Position numbers and translations under genes: made by a program
Notes under the pieces: model-generated
What the model was told of the DNA's origin: nothing
What the model saw: only the letters and a program-made list of their open reading frames with translations
The model's database searches: none
Assembly: GCA_035221665.1 (NCBI GenBank)
Contig: CM069151.1
Span: 32,736,001-32,800,000 of the forward strand
DNA length: 64,000 nt
Direction: 5' to 3'
DNA from: Okamejei kenojei
Taxonomy: Eukaryota
Part shown: positions 1 through 12,345 of the stretch, one piece after another
Layout of the letters: every line of letters starts with the position of its first letter
Numbering within the stretch: position 1 is the stretch's first letter

Positions 1-213
1 GTGGCTTAAACGTGGCTAATGAGGGAAATTAGAGATAGTGTTAAGAGTAAGGAGTAGGAATTAACGGGTTCTATTCAGAGTGGCAGCCAGTGACTCATGC
101 GGTGCCGCAAGGCTCAGTGCTGGGACACCAGTTATTGACAATATATATTAACTATTCAGATGAAGGAATTAAATGTATCATCTCCACTTTTGCGGATGAC
201 ACAAAGTTGGGGG
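1..213 (+). mobile_element. CR1/HER1-type LINE ORF2 (RT) fragment
   Basis: Degenerate ...VPQGSVLG...FADDTKLG RT motif (tttgcggatgacacaaagttggg) resembling the other CR1 copies in the window. Confidence 0.85.
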
Positions 214-723
214 TGGGGTTCTATTTGTGCAAAAACGATATGCGATAGTGCTATGATTTTTCACCAGGTTACTCACCATTCTCGTGTGCTGGGAGTGCAA
301 CAAGTTTTGTTCCGATCGGTGGTGTATTGTAAAAATTATCGAGGTTTAAAAATCATAAAAACCGCGCGTGCATATTCCTGCAGTCAGCGCCACGCAGATT
401 GGTCTCTTCTCCTGTCACTCAATGCCACAGCCGCGAAGGTGACGCCTCTTCCTGCGCTGCCGCGGCCTCTCCCGCCTCACTCGCAAACTCCTCTCTCCCC
501 TCCTCATAGCAAATTGTCTATCGTCTCCCCCACCACCACCAGCGGCCGCGCGGTGGGGGGGTTCAGTGGAGGCCTCTGTCTGTCTCTCCCACTCTCTCTC
601 CCACTCCCTCTCCCACTCTCTCTCCCACTCCCTCTCCCCCTCCCCCCCCCCCCCCTCTGCGGCAATCCGTCTCTCCGTCCCCCCCGGTCCGTCTCCTCCG
701 CTGCCGCCGTTGCGGTAACTCAC

Positions 724-786
724 CATCATGGCCCTCTCGAAGGAGATCTTCTCCACCAGCTCATCGAAACTCGTGGTGCCCACCGT
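724..786 (-). pseudogene. ALG13: Captured fragment of ALG13 exon 1 (TVGTTSFDELVEKISFERAMM) followed by donor GTGAGT
   Basis: Matches the recalled ALG13 N-terminus (MKCVFVTVGTTSFDDLIACVSAPDSLQ); high GC3; ends in phase 0 at GTGAGT (plus-strand actcac 718-723). Confidence 0.75.
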
Positions 787-1108
787 GCTCCATACCCCCC
801 CGCTGCCCGGCAACGGCAGCGAGCAGGCAGGTTGGTGGGTGGGCAGGGCAGGGACGGGACGAGCAGCAGTAGCGGGCGGTCGGACAGGACGGGACGGGGA
901 CGGGCCGAGCGACGGCTGAGCCAGAGTGGCCAGAGGGAGGGAGGGAGAGTCGGGTTGCAGGGTGGCCGAGCAGTTTGCGCGGAGTTTGAGTCACTCACAC
1001 ACACTCACACGATGCAAACTGGTCCAATCGTCAAGTCAACAGAATCTAAGCCACAGCTAACAATGAATGATCTGTGGAAGACTGAACTGCAGATGCTGCT
1101 TTTTATGG

Positions 1109-1562
1109 ATGGGGGGAGGGAGGGAGTGACTGAGGGTCGGGGAAAGGAGAGGGAGGGAGAGATGAGGGGGGGATTGGGGGAGGGAAGTCGGAGGGGGGAA
1201 AGATTCTGGGGAGGTGAGGAGGGAGTGTGTGGGGATTGAGGGAGAGGAAGTGGTAGGGAGGGAGAGGGGAAAAGTGGGGAAGGTGAGGAGAGTGGGGGAG
1301 GGGGGAATCAAGGGAGAGAGTAGGGAATGGAGAGGAGGGCAGGGGGGAGGTCAGGAGGGATAGTGGGGGGGATAGGGGGAGTGGAGGATAGAGGGATAGG
1401 AGGGGGGTGGGGAAAGGAGAGGAGTTATGGAGGGAGGGAGTGACTGAGGATAGGGGAAAGGAGAGGGAGCGAGAGGTGAGGGAGGAATTGGGGAGGGGAG
1501 GAGGAGAGGGGAAAGAAGAGGGAGGGTGAAGAGAGGAAGGGAGTGTTGGGGATGAGGGGAAA
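1109..1562 (+). repeat. Polypurine (G/A-rich) low-complexity tract inside the Helitron
   Basis: About 450 nt almost entirely G/A with many GGG(G) runs. Confidence 0.9.
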
Positions 1563-4500
1563 TGAGCCGTGCCTGCGCAGTTGGGGGCTCTGCGTGAATG
1601 GTGCAATATTGCGTTAGGGGGACGGATTGCATTGGGGAAAACGGGTGAGTGGTGGAATATTGCGTTTGGAAACGGGTTGCGTTGGGGGACCAGGCTTCCC
1701 ATGTGACAGGGACCCAACGGGTCCCACTTAGTCTAGTAATTCTTAAAACTAGGCTGTGTAAGCACTGAATGAGCCTACAAAGTTACTGGTCGAGAGCTTA
1801 GAAGTAGGAGTAATTGAAGTAGTTTTGGGCTACCTGAGTACATTGGACTGAATAGTCTCCTCTGTACCATAAATTTCTTTAGTATTCAGGTTCTTTGCTT
1901 AGCATTGTTCATACAATGCCTCAAATGAACAAAACATACAAAGGAATGAGAAGGCTGGCTTGCTTATTATGCTTATATTACAACCACTATTAATGTACTT
2001 GAATCATAGCTATACCTAACTTCTGTGAATTAGAATGATTGGAATAAATGAACAATGTACCCAGGATGAATAATAGATTGCATTTGTTCTTGATTAAGGT
2101 ATCATAAATAATTGACAAAGTATGTGGTAACACTCGGGAAGATGCAAACATTTATAAAGACAAAATCAGGACTGTGAATTTAATGGTAATCAGAAATTGA
2201 CTAGGGTTGGTTTCTGAAAAAATGTGGTAGAGGTGGAGCTCTGTTTGGGAGCAGGAGTATAAGGTGGGTAAGGACCACCATGTAAGAGCTAAAAAAAAGG
2301 CAGCATGTCTGGATAACATGGATAGGTGAGGTTTTTGGTCGGGACCCCTTTTCAGATCATGTAGGGAACACCAGGTAGGAGCCATTTTATCTCAATGCGT
2401 AATGACCTACCATAACAGAGCTTGGGAGGGTAACCCATTAAGGGATTCTGCAAATTCTCATCTTCTTTTGCTGCTTTCCTCCTCATTTTCTGAAACAGCT
2501 GCTCTGCTTCGTCCATTATCATTGACCACTCTCTGAACATGTGGTAAGGGACTCCGATGCGGATTACAAACATCTTCGGCTCCAATTGAAGAAAGCTATC
2601 TGGACTCTTTGAGGATGTTGGTAATGATCTAGTAGCAATGGTATCTGTATTATGTGGTCTTAATGAGTTTGGACAGATGTACCTTCAACAGGCATAAGAT
2701 CCCCAGCATCCAAACATTCATGGTCCTTTCAGGGCTGAGAATTGTATTACCAGAGGGCATTAAATATGTTTGGATTCAATCTGACAAGGGGGGGCAGCGT
2801 TTTTGAGTCAAACAGTCTAAAAGTGATAATGACCGGACTAGTGTGACAGTTGCTGATTAGAGTAAAATGCAGCTAGAATCATATCCATTCTCAGCTATCT
2901 TTTGATTATAGTTCATTTTACTAGGAAAGTATTCTGCTTGACAAAGCAGAACTTTTGACCTGTCACTCTCAGCTCCATTCGATTTCCATTTACCTGTTAT
3001 CAGTCATTTATTACTTTTGCAGAGATCATCAGCAACACTTTATCATCAAACCACCTGCAGATCTTTGAAATACAGTGAAATAGTTCTAAAAGTATTTCTG
3101 ATTAGACTGTCACATAGTAAAATATATATTGTGTTTGATTAGGTGGCTAAGCAATGCCATTCCCTGCTGTCCATTGACTTTAGCTCTATTTTCAACCATT
3201 GAATTGAGTGGTTAATCTTATGGATTGTTGTTGCTTTTTGTTTCAAATATTTCTACAACTCCAAAATAGCAATTAAAAGAACTACCAACTAAACTCTTGT
3301 TTTGCATTAGCTTTCTTTTTTCTCATAAACTTAATGGATTTTCAGCCTTATGGCTCTTTTTTGATTTCTGATCTTTGATTGCTGAATCTTTCGTAAAATG
3401 CAAAAAATTAATACATTTGGAGTTTATAGATGAAAGTTAATCCTCATTGTTGGCATGTTGACACTGTTTAGATCCAAATGCAGCCATTTCTTTCTGAATG
3501 CTGAGAGATTGCTTAATTTCTTGGACTGTAATTATGCAGAGCTGAATGCATAACGTTTATGGCTATGACTTTTTTTTTTTAGATATCAACACCCTAAAGG
3601 TACTGGTCACAAAATTCTAAAATTAATAACTTCCCATTGTACTGTGCCTGTAACACAACAAAAGAATGCAAGAAAGGTCAGTGGACCATTCCTGCCCTAT
3701 CTCATTGAACTAATTAAACTCAGTCAACACATTTGCAATCACTGGAAGCTAGTTTCAAAGACGGCATCTAATTGTTGATGCACAATATAATGCAATGACT
3801 ACCCACTGTGAATGGTGAACCCCTTCTCTCTCTCTTCCAGAAATGGTTTTGGCATCTGGTTAAGCCATGCTCCCATGTTTACAGGAATGAAAACTATAAA
3901 TCAGCTGCAATGATTCTGAAAATAGTCTTTGAAAAATATTCAATACCCTGTAATAGACATTCATGTAATAAAAAAATTAAACTGATTTTCAAAAATTAAG
4001 ACTAACAAATTAAACACTTTTTTAAAAATGGGGCTTGTTTAATTAAATTGAGTTACTAATTTAAAAACATTAAAAAAAACTCATGGAAATGAACAGAGTT
4101 GCAGAACTTATACTAGGTCGCTCGCGTTGGCATGATCAGACGACAGTGGCAAAGATCTCTTCGGAAGTTTGGGTCTTCCATGTTCCTGCAAGTGATTTGG
4201 AGTGTCAGTCCTGCCCTCTCGACAAAAGATTCCAACTCAATAATTTTGTTGAATGTCCCAAATATATTATGGATGTATATCAAATAAAATTGACACTGAT
4301 TATAAAAGAAAGGAACTTCTTCAAAGTTTTTAGCTGTTATTAGCATGACTAGTATTTATCACCCATGAGTTGGACATGTTCAGTTATAACCTTTACAGTC
4401 CTTCTGGTGAATGTAATCCCAAAGAGTTTCAGGATTAGAGCTTCTAGGATATTTACCTAGCAGAGATGAAGGAATACATGTCCAAAGTCAGAATGTCACC

Positions 4501-5067
4501 TGACTGATAGGGAATCTTGCTGCCTCCCCATGCATTTGCTGCTCTTGTCTGCCTTGATGGTGCTATATGCAGATTTTGGAGCTGTTCTTAAAGAATATTT
4601 GGCAAGTTACTGTTATATCTTTGGTAGACGCACTGCAACCAGAGTGTCTCTTTTGTTCAACCAAGACCTATATTCAGTGGGATTATCTCAGGTATGATAG
4701 CAATGGAATGCATTTGGCCACCTTCTTAGGCTATGAGGGAAAATTTCAAAGGGAAAATTCAAACCCATGAATGGTTTTGGTTTATGCACCAAATAGAACA
4801 TAGCAAACTTCCTTTGAGGTCAGATTGTGATTCAACACATGTATTGAAGTCTGAATTCTGAATCAAGTTTACTGAACCTATCTGAACTCAGTGCCTCTAC
4901 AAAAGGAAAAAAAATAGGTTTGAAACCAGAATGTTTTTAGAACTTTATTGGTCTCTCTGGGAATCCTGCATTACAGTTTGTGATTGAAGCTTGGTTGTAC
5001 CCAGGGAACCATTGAGTGTCTTAGTGAAAACTAATGAGTTTTATTTAATACTTTTTTAATCTGAGAA

Positions 5068-5187
5068 GTGTAGGAAGGAACTGCAGATGTTCGTTTAAAC
5101 TAAAGATAGACTAAAAATGCTGGAATAACTCAGCGGGACAGGCAGCATCTCTGGAGACAAGGAATGGGTGACGTTTCTTCTTCAGAC
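5068..5187 (-). mobile_element. Penelope-derived pLTR single arm
   Basis: gtgtaggaaggaactgcagatg...actcagcgggacaggcagcatctctggagacaaggaatgggtgacgtttc, same family as 38017-38432. Confidence 0.75.
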
Positions 5188-8100
5188 AATTTGAAAAGCC
5201 TGGATTTTATTGGATCTGCTCAATTTCTTTATCTAACAAGCCTGGAGTATGCAGTGCCCAGGAAGATTTCAAATGCAAACCTTGTGAATTGTGGTCGGAA
5301 ACTCTCACCCAAGGCACCTATGGTAGGAGGTAATTATTCAGAGAATTTCTGCAGCAGTCAGTATGTTGGAGCATGTACAATAATTGTGATGCTAAAGCAT
5401 ACTGAATTAGTCATTTGCCCCCAAATATTATTATTATTATTATTTGTCCTTTTTCATAGACATTTTTCTAGATTATTCCAGTATTTCAGGGCAAACTCCC
5501 TATTCAAGAAAATAAGTGCCAAGAAAAATGGGGAATACTAATAAGATAGTTTGTGTCTTATTTATAATCCTGGTATCCATTGTTATGTACTATTATAAGA
5601 CATTATAGATATGATTACATTCATAATGTGTGTGGATGCTGAAAATTTCCAATTTGCTTTCCATGTAATGGTAACGGCTGCATTTCTTGCTGCCATTTTA
5701 AGTAATCTGACTGATTTGCTATATTCTCCCAATTTTCTACAATTAATGATTCAGTAGTACAATGCACTGTGAGAAGTGAACCATAACATTGCTTGGAGTT
5801 TATTCAAATAACCTCATCAATAGCTATCCCTCGTTCTAAATGACACCATAATGCATTTCAAATCTATCAGAAAGAGGAAGATTTTTGAAGGTCACAATAC
5901 CATGTTCATTATTTTACTGACAATTATATACAAATGTTAACTCAGCAAGTAGGTAAGGTAGTACATTTTTAGATGATGGGACACAGCGTAACTGCAGCAC
6001 AGTGTAAATTAGTGAAGGGACCTTTATATCTGTGATCCAATATGAGAATTAAATGGATGATAACTGCAAAGGAAAAAACAATATTAAATTATGCCTTGAA
6101 TAGATTTCAAAGTGCATAGATGATCCATGAAAGCTCTTGGTGGTTTTAAACTCATAATATTGCCGTCACATCTATAATATTAACTTTATCCATGAACTGG
6201 TATATACCATATTAAAACTGTGAATTTTAAACAAAATTGCATAAAATATTTAGGATAGTAGAACTCATCAAATACATTTCGGATTGGTATTTTTCGAAAT
6301 AAACTTGTCAACTTAATTTTGTTAGCCATTTCAGATTGGTAGATTTTGTAAAAACAATATAATTTCCAGGTACAATGTCTGTTCTAAATTGCATAATGTT
6401 AATATTGCAATTGTTTGTAATTGTCTATTTAAAAAATCGTAACAATATTTGTAAACCTATTACTATTCATAAAGAATAATGAGTACAATCCTAATTTCTA
6501 TGGCCAGCAAATCACAAAAAAATATTGACAAGAACATAAGAAATAAATGAAGAACAATTAACATTATATACCTTTCACAGTCTCAGACTGAACATAAACT
6601 CTTTATAGACAGTCAAATATAATTTGCCAAAGCAGGATTAATTTCAATAATTGCGAGTTGGATCCTAAATCTAATTGTAAAATGTAGTCTGAAGGCAAAA
6701 CTATTGTGGCATTAACAGAAGAATATTATAGGGATAAGCATTAACATGATGTGATTTTGTCAAACAGCATAAACATTTTTTTGGTTCTATCTAATGTGTT
6801 TGTGCTTGCTCTTTTTGCAATATCCTTTTAAAATCTTATACTGAATTAATCCGAATGATTAAAATGCTGATTTTGACGCCAGAGGTTTCAGGACGCACTG
6901 CCCATTATGGTAATCTGTCAGTTTATTGGATCACACCATTGGCAATAGTTAAAGAAATATCTGAAGATTAGACACCCCCAACTGAGTGAGATGCATGGAG
7001 CTACAAAATGACTTGGTGGAGAAACCAATAGAAGACAGAAATCAAACAGCGCAGACTAACGTATAGTGCATAACTAAATGCATTCAGTGCATCCAGCTAT
7101 AATTACATTAGCTAGTCAACTTATGTGGTGTAAAGCTTTATCTTTGTTTTGCATGGAGTTACCAGAATTACATCTCCAACTGTGGTAGGGACACCACAGC
7201 TGGTTTTCTGTCCCAGGGTTAGGGAAGGGAGAATCAACATCGACCAAGAATTGGATTTATGTGGAGGTTGTCAGTGTTGGCTTAATTGGGCTTAACACTT
7301 AGATCCTCCAGGGAAATTGCTTGCCTGAATTTCTTGGTGATGAAAACAGAGTTGAGATGGAGAGAGGATGGGGCTGGGATTAGAAATGGCACGTGAAACT
7401 TACCAGAGTATTCAATTCAAAGTAGACTGAGAAATTCTAAGTATTTGTAAATACTTGGAAATTGGCATTTTTCAGCACCATCGAAGTCTATAGATCTGCC
7501 GTGATGTGGTCCAGGAAAGATGTTTTTATTGTGAGCCTGCCTCTTAAAATTTCAATAGCAACCAAGGCCTACAATGTTGTGCACAACAGAATGACTCTGA
7601 GGACTATGGGATCGTTGATCAGTGGTCAGATCCAGTGGTCAGCTCAGTCAGGGAATAGTGCCTTCGTGATTGGGGTCAAAGAGCATATGTTTGACATTAC
7701 ATACACAAAATTAATCGATACATACAAAAGCACCACAGCAGGTCTTAGCTGAAATTTTGAGACTTGTTTCAGCATTAATTAACGGGTTCTCAGTAACGTG
7801 GGGTCGATGTGGCTTCCGGGCAGATGACTTTCTTAAATTTTCATTGTTATTGCAGATCCAGCACCAGACTGCCACCACCTCAGAGCTGATATTGTTTGTC
7901 CAAATAGCCCCATCACCTGCCTGACCACCCCCAGTCATCAACCAGAATTACTCCTCCGAATATAACATCTGTCATATTTCTAGCCAAGTCTCGCTTCACT
8001 TGTGATGATGGAATAAACTGCCCATGGACTCTTGTGGCTTGTAAAAGTAGAATATTGTGTGCGCCAATCCATGAAGCATCACAGGTCATATTTGATGTGT

Positions 8101-8383
8101 GGGCCACAGTTTGGATGTCTTTGTGCTATGTGGTGCAGTCAGAAACAGTAATTTTTTTTTGGATGCCGAGCTCGAGGGCTTTCCCAATTTGAGAACTGTA
8201 GTTATTTTGCTGTTTCTCTGTAAAGCTCTCTGCTAGTGTATACATCCAGCATGAAGCTGCCGCTCATTCCAGACCTCCAGAGATTGCTTCTCTGATATGA
8301 CCTATATATAGAATGCACCAGCCCCAAACATACAAATAATTTCAACCCAATCATAAAGTCTGAATTGGGCTTTTAGGACAAAA

Positions 8384-9278
8384 CTAGACTAAGTGGGACC
8401 CATCAGGTCCCAGCTTCTCAAGGGAGGGCTGGTCCCCCAACACAATATTCCACAATAGTGCTTTCTGGAGCGCTAGCATGGTGAGGTGGGCCGAAGGGAC
8501 GGTTTCCATAGGGCTATTATGGACATTGTGAGCCAAATGGATTCTTGGGCTGGCAGCTCAGTCATTGAGACCACACACACACACACATACACTCACTGAC
8601 TCACACACCACATGAATGGCAGTAAACTTTCTTGAATACTCAAACAGCTGAGCGCGGTCTCTCCACTTTGGGGCTTCTGTAGTCAGCGGCACTTCCGCAA
8701 TCAACGTGACCTCTGCACTTACCGGCGATTACGCAATCAACGTGACCTCTGCACTCACTAGAAATTACGCAATCAGCGTGACTTGTCCACTAAGCGGAAG
8801 TCACGAAATGAGCGGGACTTTTGAACCAAACAGACGGAGCTAATAAAGCATTTATTCCTTCTAAACAGTCGGACCTAATAAAGCAATGCAGTTTCAAGCA
8901 CAGGCAGGGCAGCAGACCAAACAACTCATAGCATTGTCATTAAGGGCTAACAAATCATTTATTGCAAATACATTGCACAGTTCAGTTGATTCACAGCTTA
9001 GAATGAGTCGCGATCTTGCAGAATGACTGAGTCATGTCGAGGCATCCAGGGTTTTATAGTCCCCTCCCCCCGGAAGGGGTATTACCTTCATCGCGGTGAT
9101 TGACGTGAGAGGATCTCAGGTTTATTAATAACTTTTTTATTTTTCATTGATGTGAAAAAATCATCGGGGCCTGTGAGTAAGATGGCCAAAAATCATAGCG
9201 ATATGGTAGAGGATTTTTCTAAAATCAATATACAGCGCAGACAGGAAGTGGTCAAGATTAGACTTTTAATCATATAGA
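8384..9278 (-). mobile_element. Complete non-autonomous Helitron (895 bp)
   Basis: Minus strand reads A|TCTATATGATTAAAAGTC ... GGGACC-TGATG-GGTCCC hairpin ... ACTTAGTCTAG|T: TC 5' end, CTAG 3' end, A/T insertion site, no TSD. Confidence 0.88.
8690..8822. repeat. 36-bp minisatellite (about 4 copies) inside the Helitron
   Basis: cgcaatca recurs at 8696, 8732 and 8768, with a degenerate copy at 8804. Confidence 0.85.
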
Positions 9279-10584
9279 TATTTCTTGTATCCAGTCTCTC
9301 ACAGTCTGGAGATATATCAAGTGATACTTTTTGTTGAGAAAATTTCAGAATATTAATAGTGAATACTGGTAATGGTGTAATTGCTCCATTGATTACATCC
9401 TGCACTTTGAGAGATTCAGCAATATAGGTGTTCCTATCTCACTCCTTTCAGTATCGAGCGATTTAAGTTGCTGTTTTGCATACCTTGTCACAAACCTATG
9501 TCAAAGAAATGACATTTCTTACTGGTCTTAGCGGTCCTCAACTATAAGAGGCATAAAAGAAGAGAAATCAAACACCGAAAAATCATATGTTTCTATAATG
9601 ATAATTTCAAAATAAAAATGAGCTGTAATGATAAACTATCCATTGGTGTTATATCTTTTATTTCTTCCTAATTTCTTCTTCGCAATGGGAGCAGAAATTA
9701 TAATTTGAGCACTGCTGTGGACATTACTGCGCCCAGCACAGTATATGCTGCTGCTTCCCCAGAAGTATCTGGAAGCACATGGAGAGCATCAGGTTGAATT
9801 GCAGGTACATTGGTTGCATGGTAATACAGGTAGGTGGTATACTTACACTATTTTATTTTAATCTTTGTTTTAATTATCAGATATTTGTATTTTAAGTAAA
9901 ACCATACTTTAGTTTTCAAATGATATTTTTCAATTATTTACATTTATGTGGAATGGTTTTAAAAATCTCTGATCATCAGAGACTTTTACTGGTTGAAAGG
10001 ACATTGACAACAGCAAGCTACAAAAAGGCCATCATGGCTTTCTGTGAGTTCACTCAGGATCCAGTCTTTGCTTGCTCCACTTTGCAGAGTAGCTGCAGGG
10101 GCCAACCTTTGAGCTTAATTGGTACAGCAGAGCCAAAAAAGCTAAGCGCAGTCAATGGGAAAAAGTTGGGTAGCAGATGCAGTTAGAATATTGCTTTTTT
10201 ATTGTGTAGTTGCCTGACGTATATTAATAAAACTGAAAATAAGTATTTCAAAATAATGAGTAGCCTGATATTAGTCCTTAAATTGTATTAAACATCTTGA
10301 GCTCGTTAAAGTTTCATTTATTTGCTTTAAGGAAGCGATTACACAAATTAATTGTTTTCTTTAATAAAGCAGCTGAAGTTTGAAAGAATCTCCAAATATA
10401 TTGATGTGATAATGCAGTATTTATTAAATGAACTAAAAATCATTATGTCCAATTGCAGAGATGGCAGAGTGAAATATAGGAATCATAAAAATGCAGTTAT
10501 CTCTGCTCGGTTAAGAGAAATAATCAGCAAATGCATTGGATCCTGAAACGAGTTCTATTCATTCAAAACATGGGTTGAGCCAGG

Positions 10585-10790
10585 ATTTAATTGCTCATCC
10601 TTAGTTGCCCTTGGGAAAGCAATGGTGAGCTGCCTTCTTGAACTGTTGCTGTCCTTGAGGTGTGGGTATACCTATAATGCTGTTGGGGAGGGAGTTCCAG
10701 GATTCTGATCCAGCAACGATGAAGTAACAGTGAAATATTTCCAAGTCAGAATGGTTATTGATAGAACTTGGAAGTGGTGTATTTAAGTCA
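10585..10790 (-). mobile_element. Old CR1/L2-type LINE 3' region
   Basis: Minus-strand translation ...SESWNSLPNSIIGIPTPQGQQQFKKAAHH resembles a LINE ORF2 C-terminus. Confidence 0.6.
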
Positions 10791-10968
10791 AGTACAATAT
10801 TGAAAACTGGAGCAAAAATCTGTGGATGCTGAAAATTCAAAACAAAACTGAAAATGCCCAGAGCATTCAACAGGTCAGGCAGCATCCATGTGGTCATCAA
10901 TTTCCAAAGCTTGCATGATGTACATGAGTTTATGAAATTTGTTCCTTACTTCCAGTTTTCTCTTTCAG

Positions 10969-11205
10969 CTGGCTGTTTGATCTTGGGCTGCATGATCTTT
11001 CCAGATGGCTGGGATTCAGATGAAGTAAAACGCATGTGTGGGGAAAAAACAGACAAGTACACCCTTGGTGCCTGCTCTGTTCGCTGGGCCTACATTCTGG
11101 CAATTATTGGAATCCTAGACGCTCTCATCCTTTCATTTCTGGCATTCGTCCTAGGCAACAGGCAAGATGGTTTACTGCCAGATGACTTCAAAGTGGATGC
11201 CAAAG
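10969..11205 (+). CDS. LHFPL3: LHFPL tetraspan subfamily member 3, internal coding exon (TM3-TM4)
   Basis: tttctctttcag| acceptor and |gtatga donor, 237 nt, phase 1/1; [66 protein letters not shown] is nearly identical to recalled vertebrate LHFPL3; synteny with KMT2E. Confidence 0.95.
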
Positions 11206-12189
11206 GTATGATCTTTCTCAGTCACAGTAAATAGTTTGAATTTGTAGGGATCATTTATTCAAGAATTACTAATACATATTTAAATATGGTTGATTTTTTT
11301 ACCCTCGTATAGTTCTCATATATAATCCACAACTTACTTAAGTTTGAACGTTAACAGATCCATTAATAAATCCATTCTTAAAAATATTTAACGGTTAAAA
11401 ATATGTCCAGAATACATAACCATGAATGTTATTAAAACAATTACTGATCGACTTAGTAATGAAACTTTAGCTTAGTACTTTGCACATTAGATTTTAACAG
11501 AGAACTGATCAGCATTTGAAACAAATGCAACCAGTTGTGCAAGCAAATTTATGTGAATGACAAAATGTATTCCTGTATCTTCAGTAAGAAAATTTAGTGT
11601 TATCTCCATCTATTTTGGAAGTTGTTTTTAAGATGTAATGAGTGTACACAGACCAGACTTATTCAGTTGCATTGCAGATTGCGATGTTGCATTAGGTGTC
11701 CTTTACTGTGCACCCAGACAATATCAGACTTCTGTAGCAGGTGATATCAGTTGATAAATGAAAAATATGGCTTCAGTGCCCAAGGTTTGTGCTGATTTGA
11801 TTAGGATCAATGATAAATTGCTGATCTGATGGTGTAAGCTGACAACAGAATCTAGCTATAACAGGTTTCCAATCTGTATTATTGTGATAAATGTTGATTG
11901 TGGATTACAACTGGCAACCTGGCACAATGATTTATTAAATATTATAAAAAAATTGAGACCATCTCAATAAATTGATAAATGGATTTGCAAGATCCCAAAG
12001 GTCCAAACATTAGAATCCATATCTCCTGCATTAACACCTAAGCATTCATCCATCCTATCTTCCTACCCTCACTAGCACATGGCACCAGAATAACCCAGGT
12101 ATTACTACCCTTGAGATCCTGATTTTTAACCTTTTGCTTAACTCTTCGTATATTCACCGTGCGGGTGATAGATATAGATATGTCTTGTT

Positions 12190-12345
12190 ATAGATAAACA
12201 AGCAGAGATAGATTTTTGATGAGTACAGGTGTCAGTGGTAATGGGGAGAAGGCAGGAGAATGGGGTTAGGAGGAAGAGATAGATCAGTCATGGTTGAATG
12301 GCATTGTAGACTTGATGGGCCAAATGCCCTAATTCTACTTCTATC
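12190..12345 (+). mobile_element. CR1/HER1 LINE 3' end
   Basis: ...ggggagaaggcaggagaatgggg...gatgggccaaatgccctaattctact 3' tail. Confidence 0.75.

Larger units (their letters stand above)
220..1736 (+). mobile_element. Non-autonomous Helitron (5' end eroded) with mosaic captured cargo
   Basis: 3' hairpin GGGACCC-AAC-GGGTCCC (1709-1725) followed by CTAG (1733-1736) and then T; sub-terminal 5' and 3' sequences resemble the complete element at 8384-9278. Confidence 0.8.

Noticed and set aside
160-1239. 359-aa ORF and overlapping ORFs up to 1717
   Set aside because: They run through a CR1 scrap, Helitron cargo and low-complexity tracts; open only because of GC and purine bias
2290-2760. Minus-strand protein-like stretch (…EQLFQKMRRKAAKEDENLQ…)
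   Set aside because: No recognisable family and interrupted by stops; probably an ancient TE relic, cannot be supported
7460-8310. More GC-balanced segment with faint transposase-like words on the minus strand
   Set aside because: Too decayed to assign without a profile search
8690-8822. CRISPR-like array (36-bp period)
   Set aside because: Contiguous tandem units without unique spacers, eukaryotic context, no cas genes
10854-10968. N-terminal extension of the LHFPL3 ORF (MPRAFNRSG...)
   Set aside because: Intronic sequence upstream of the acceptor at 10968, partly repeat-derived
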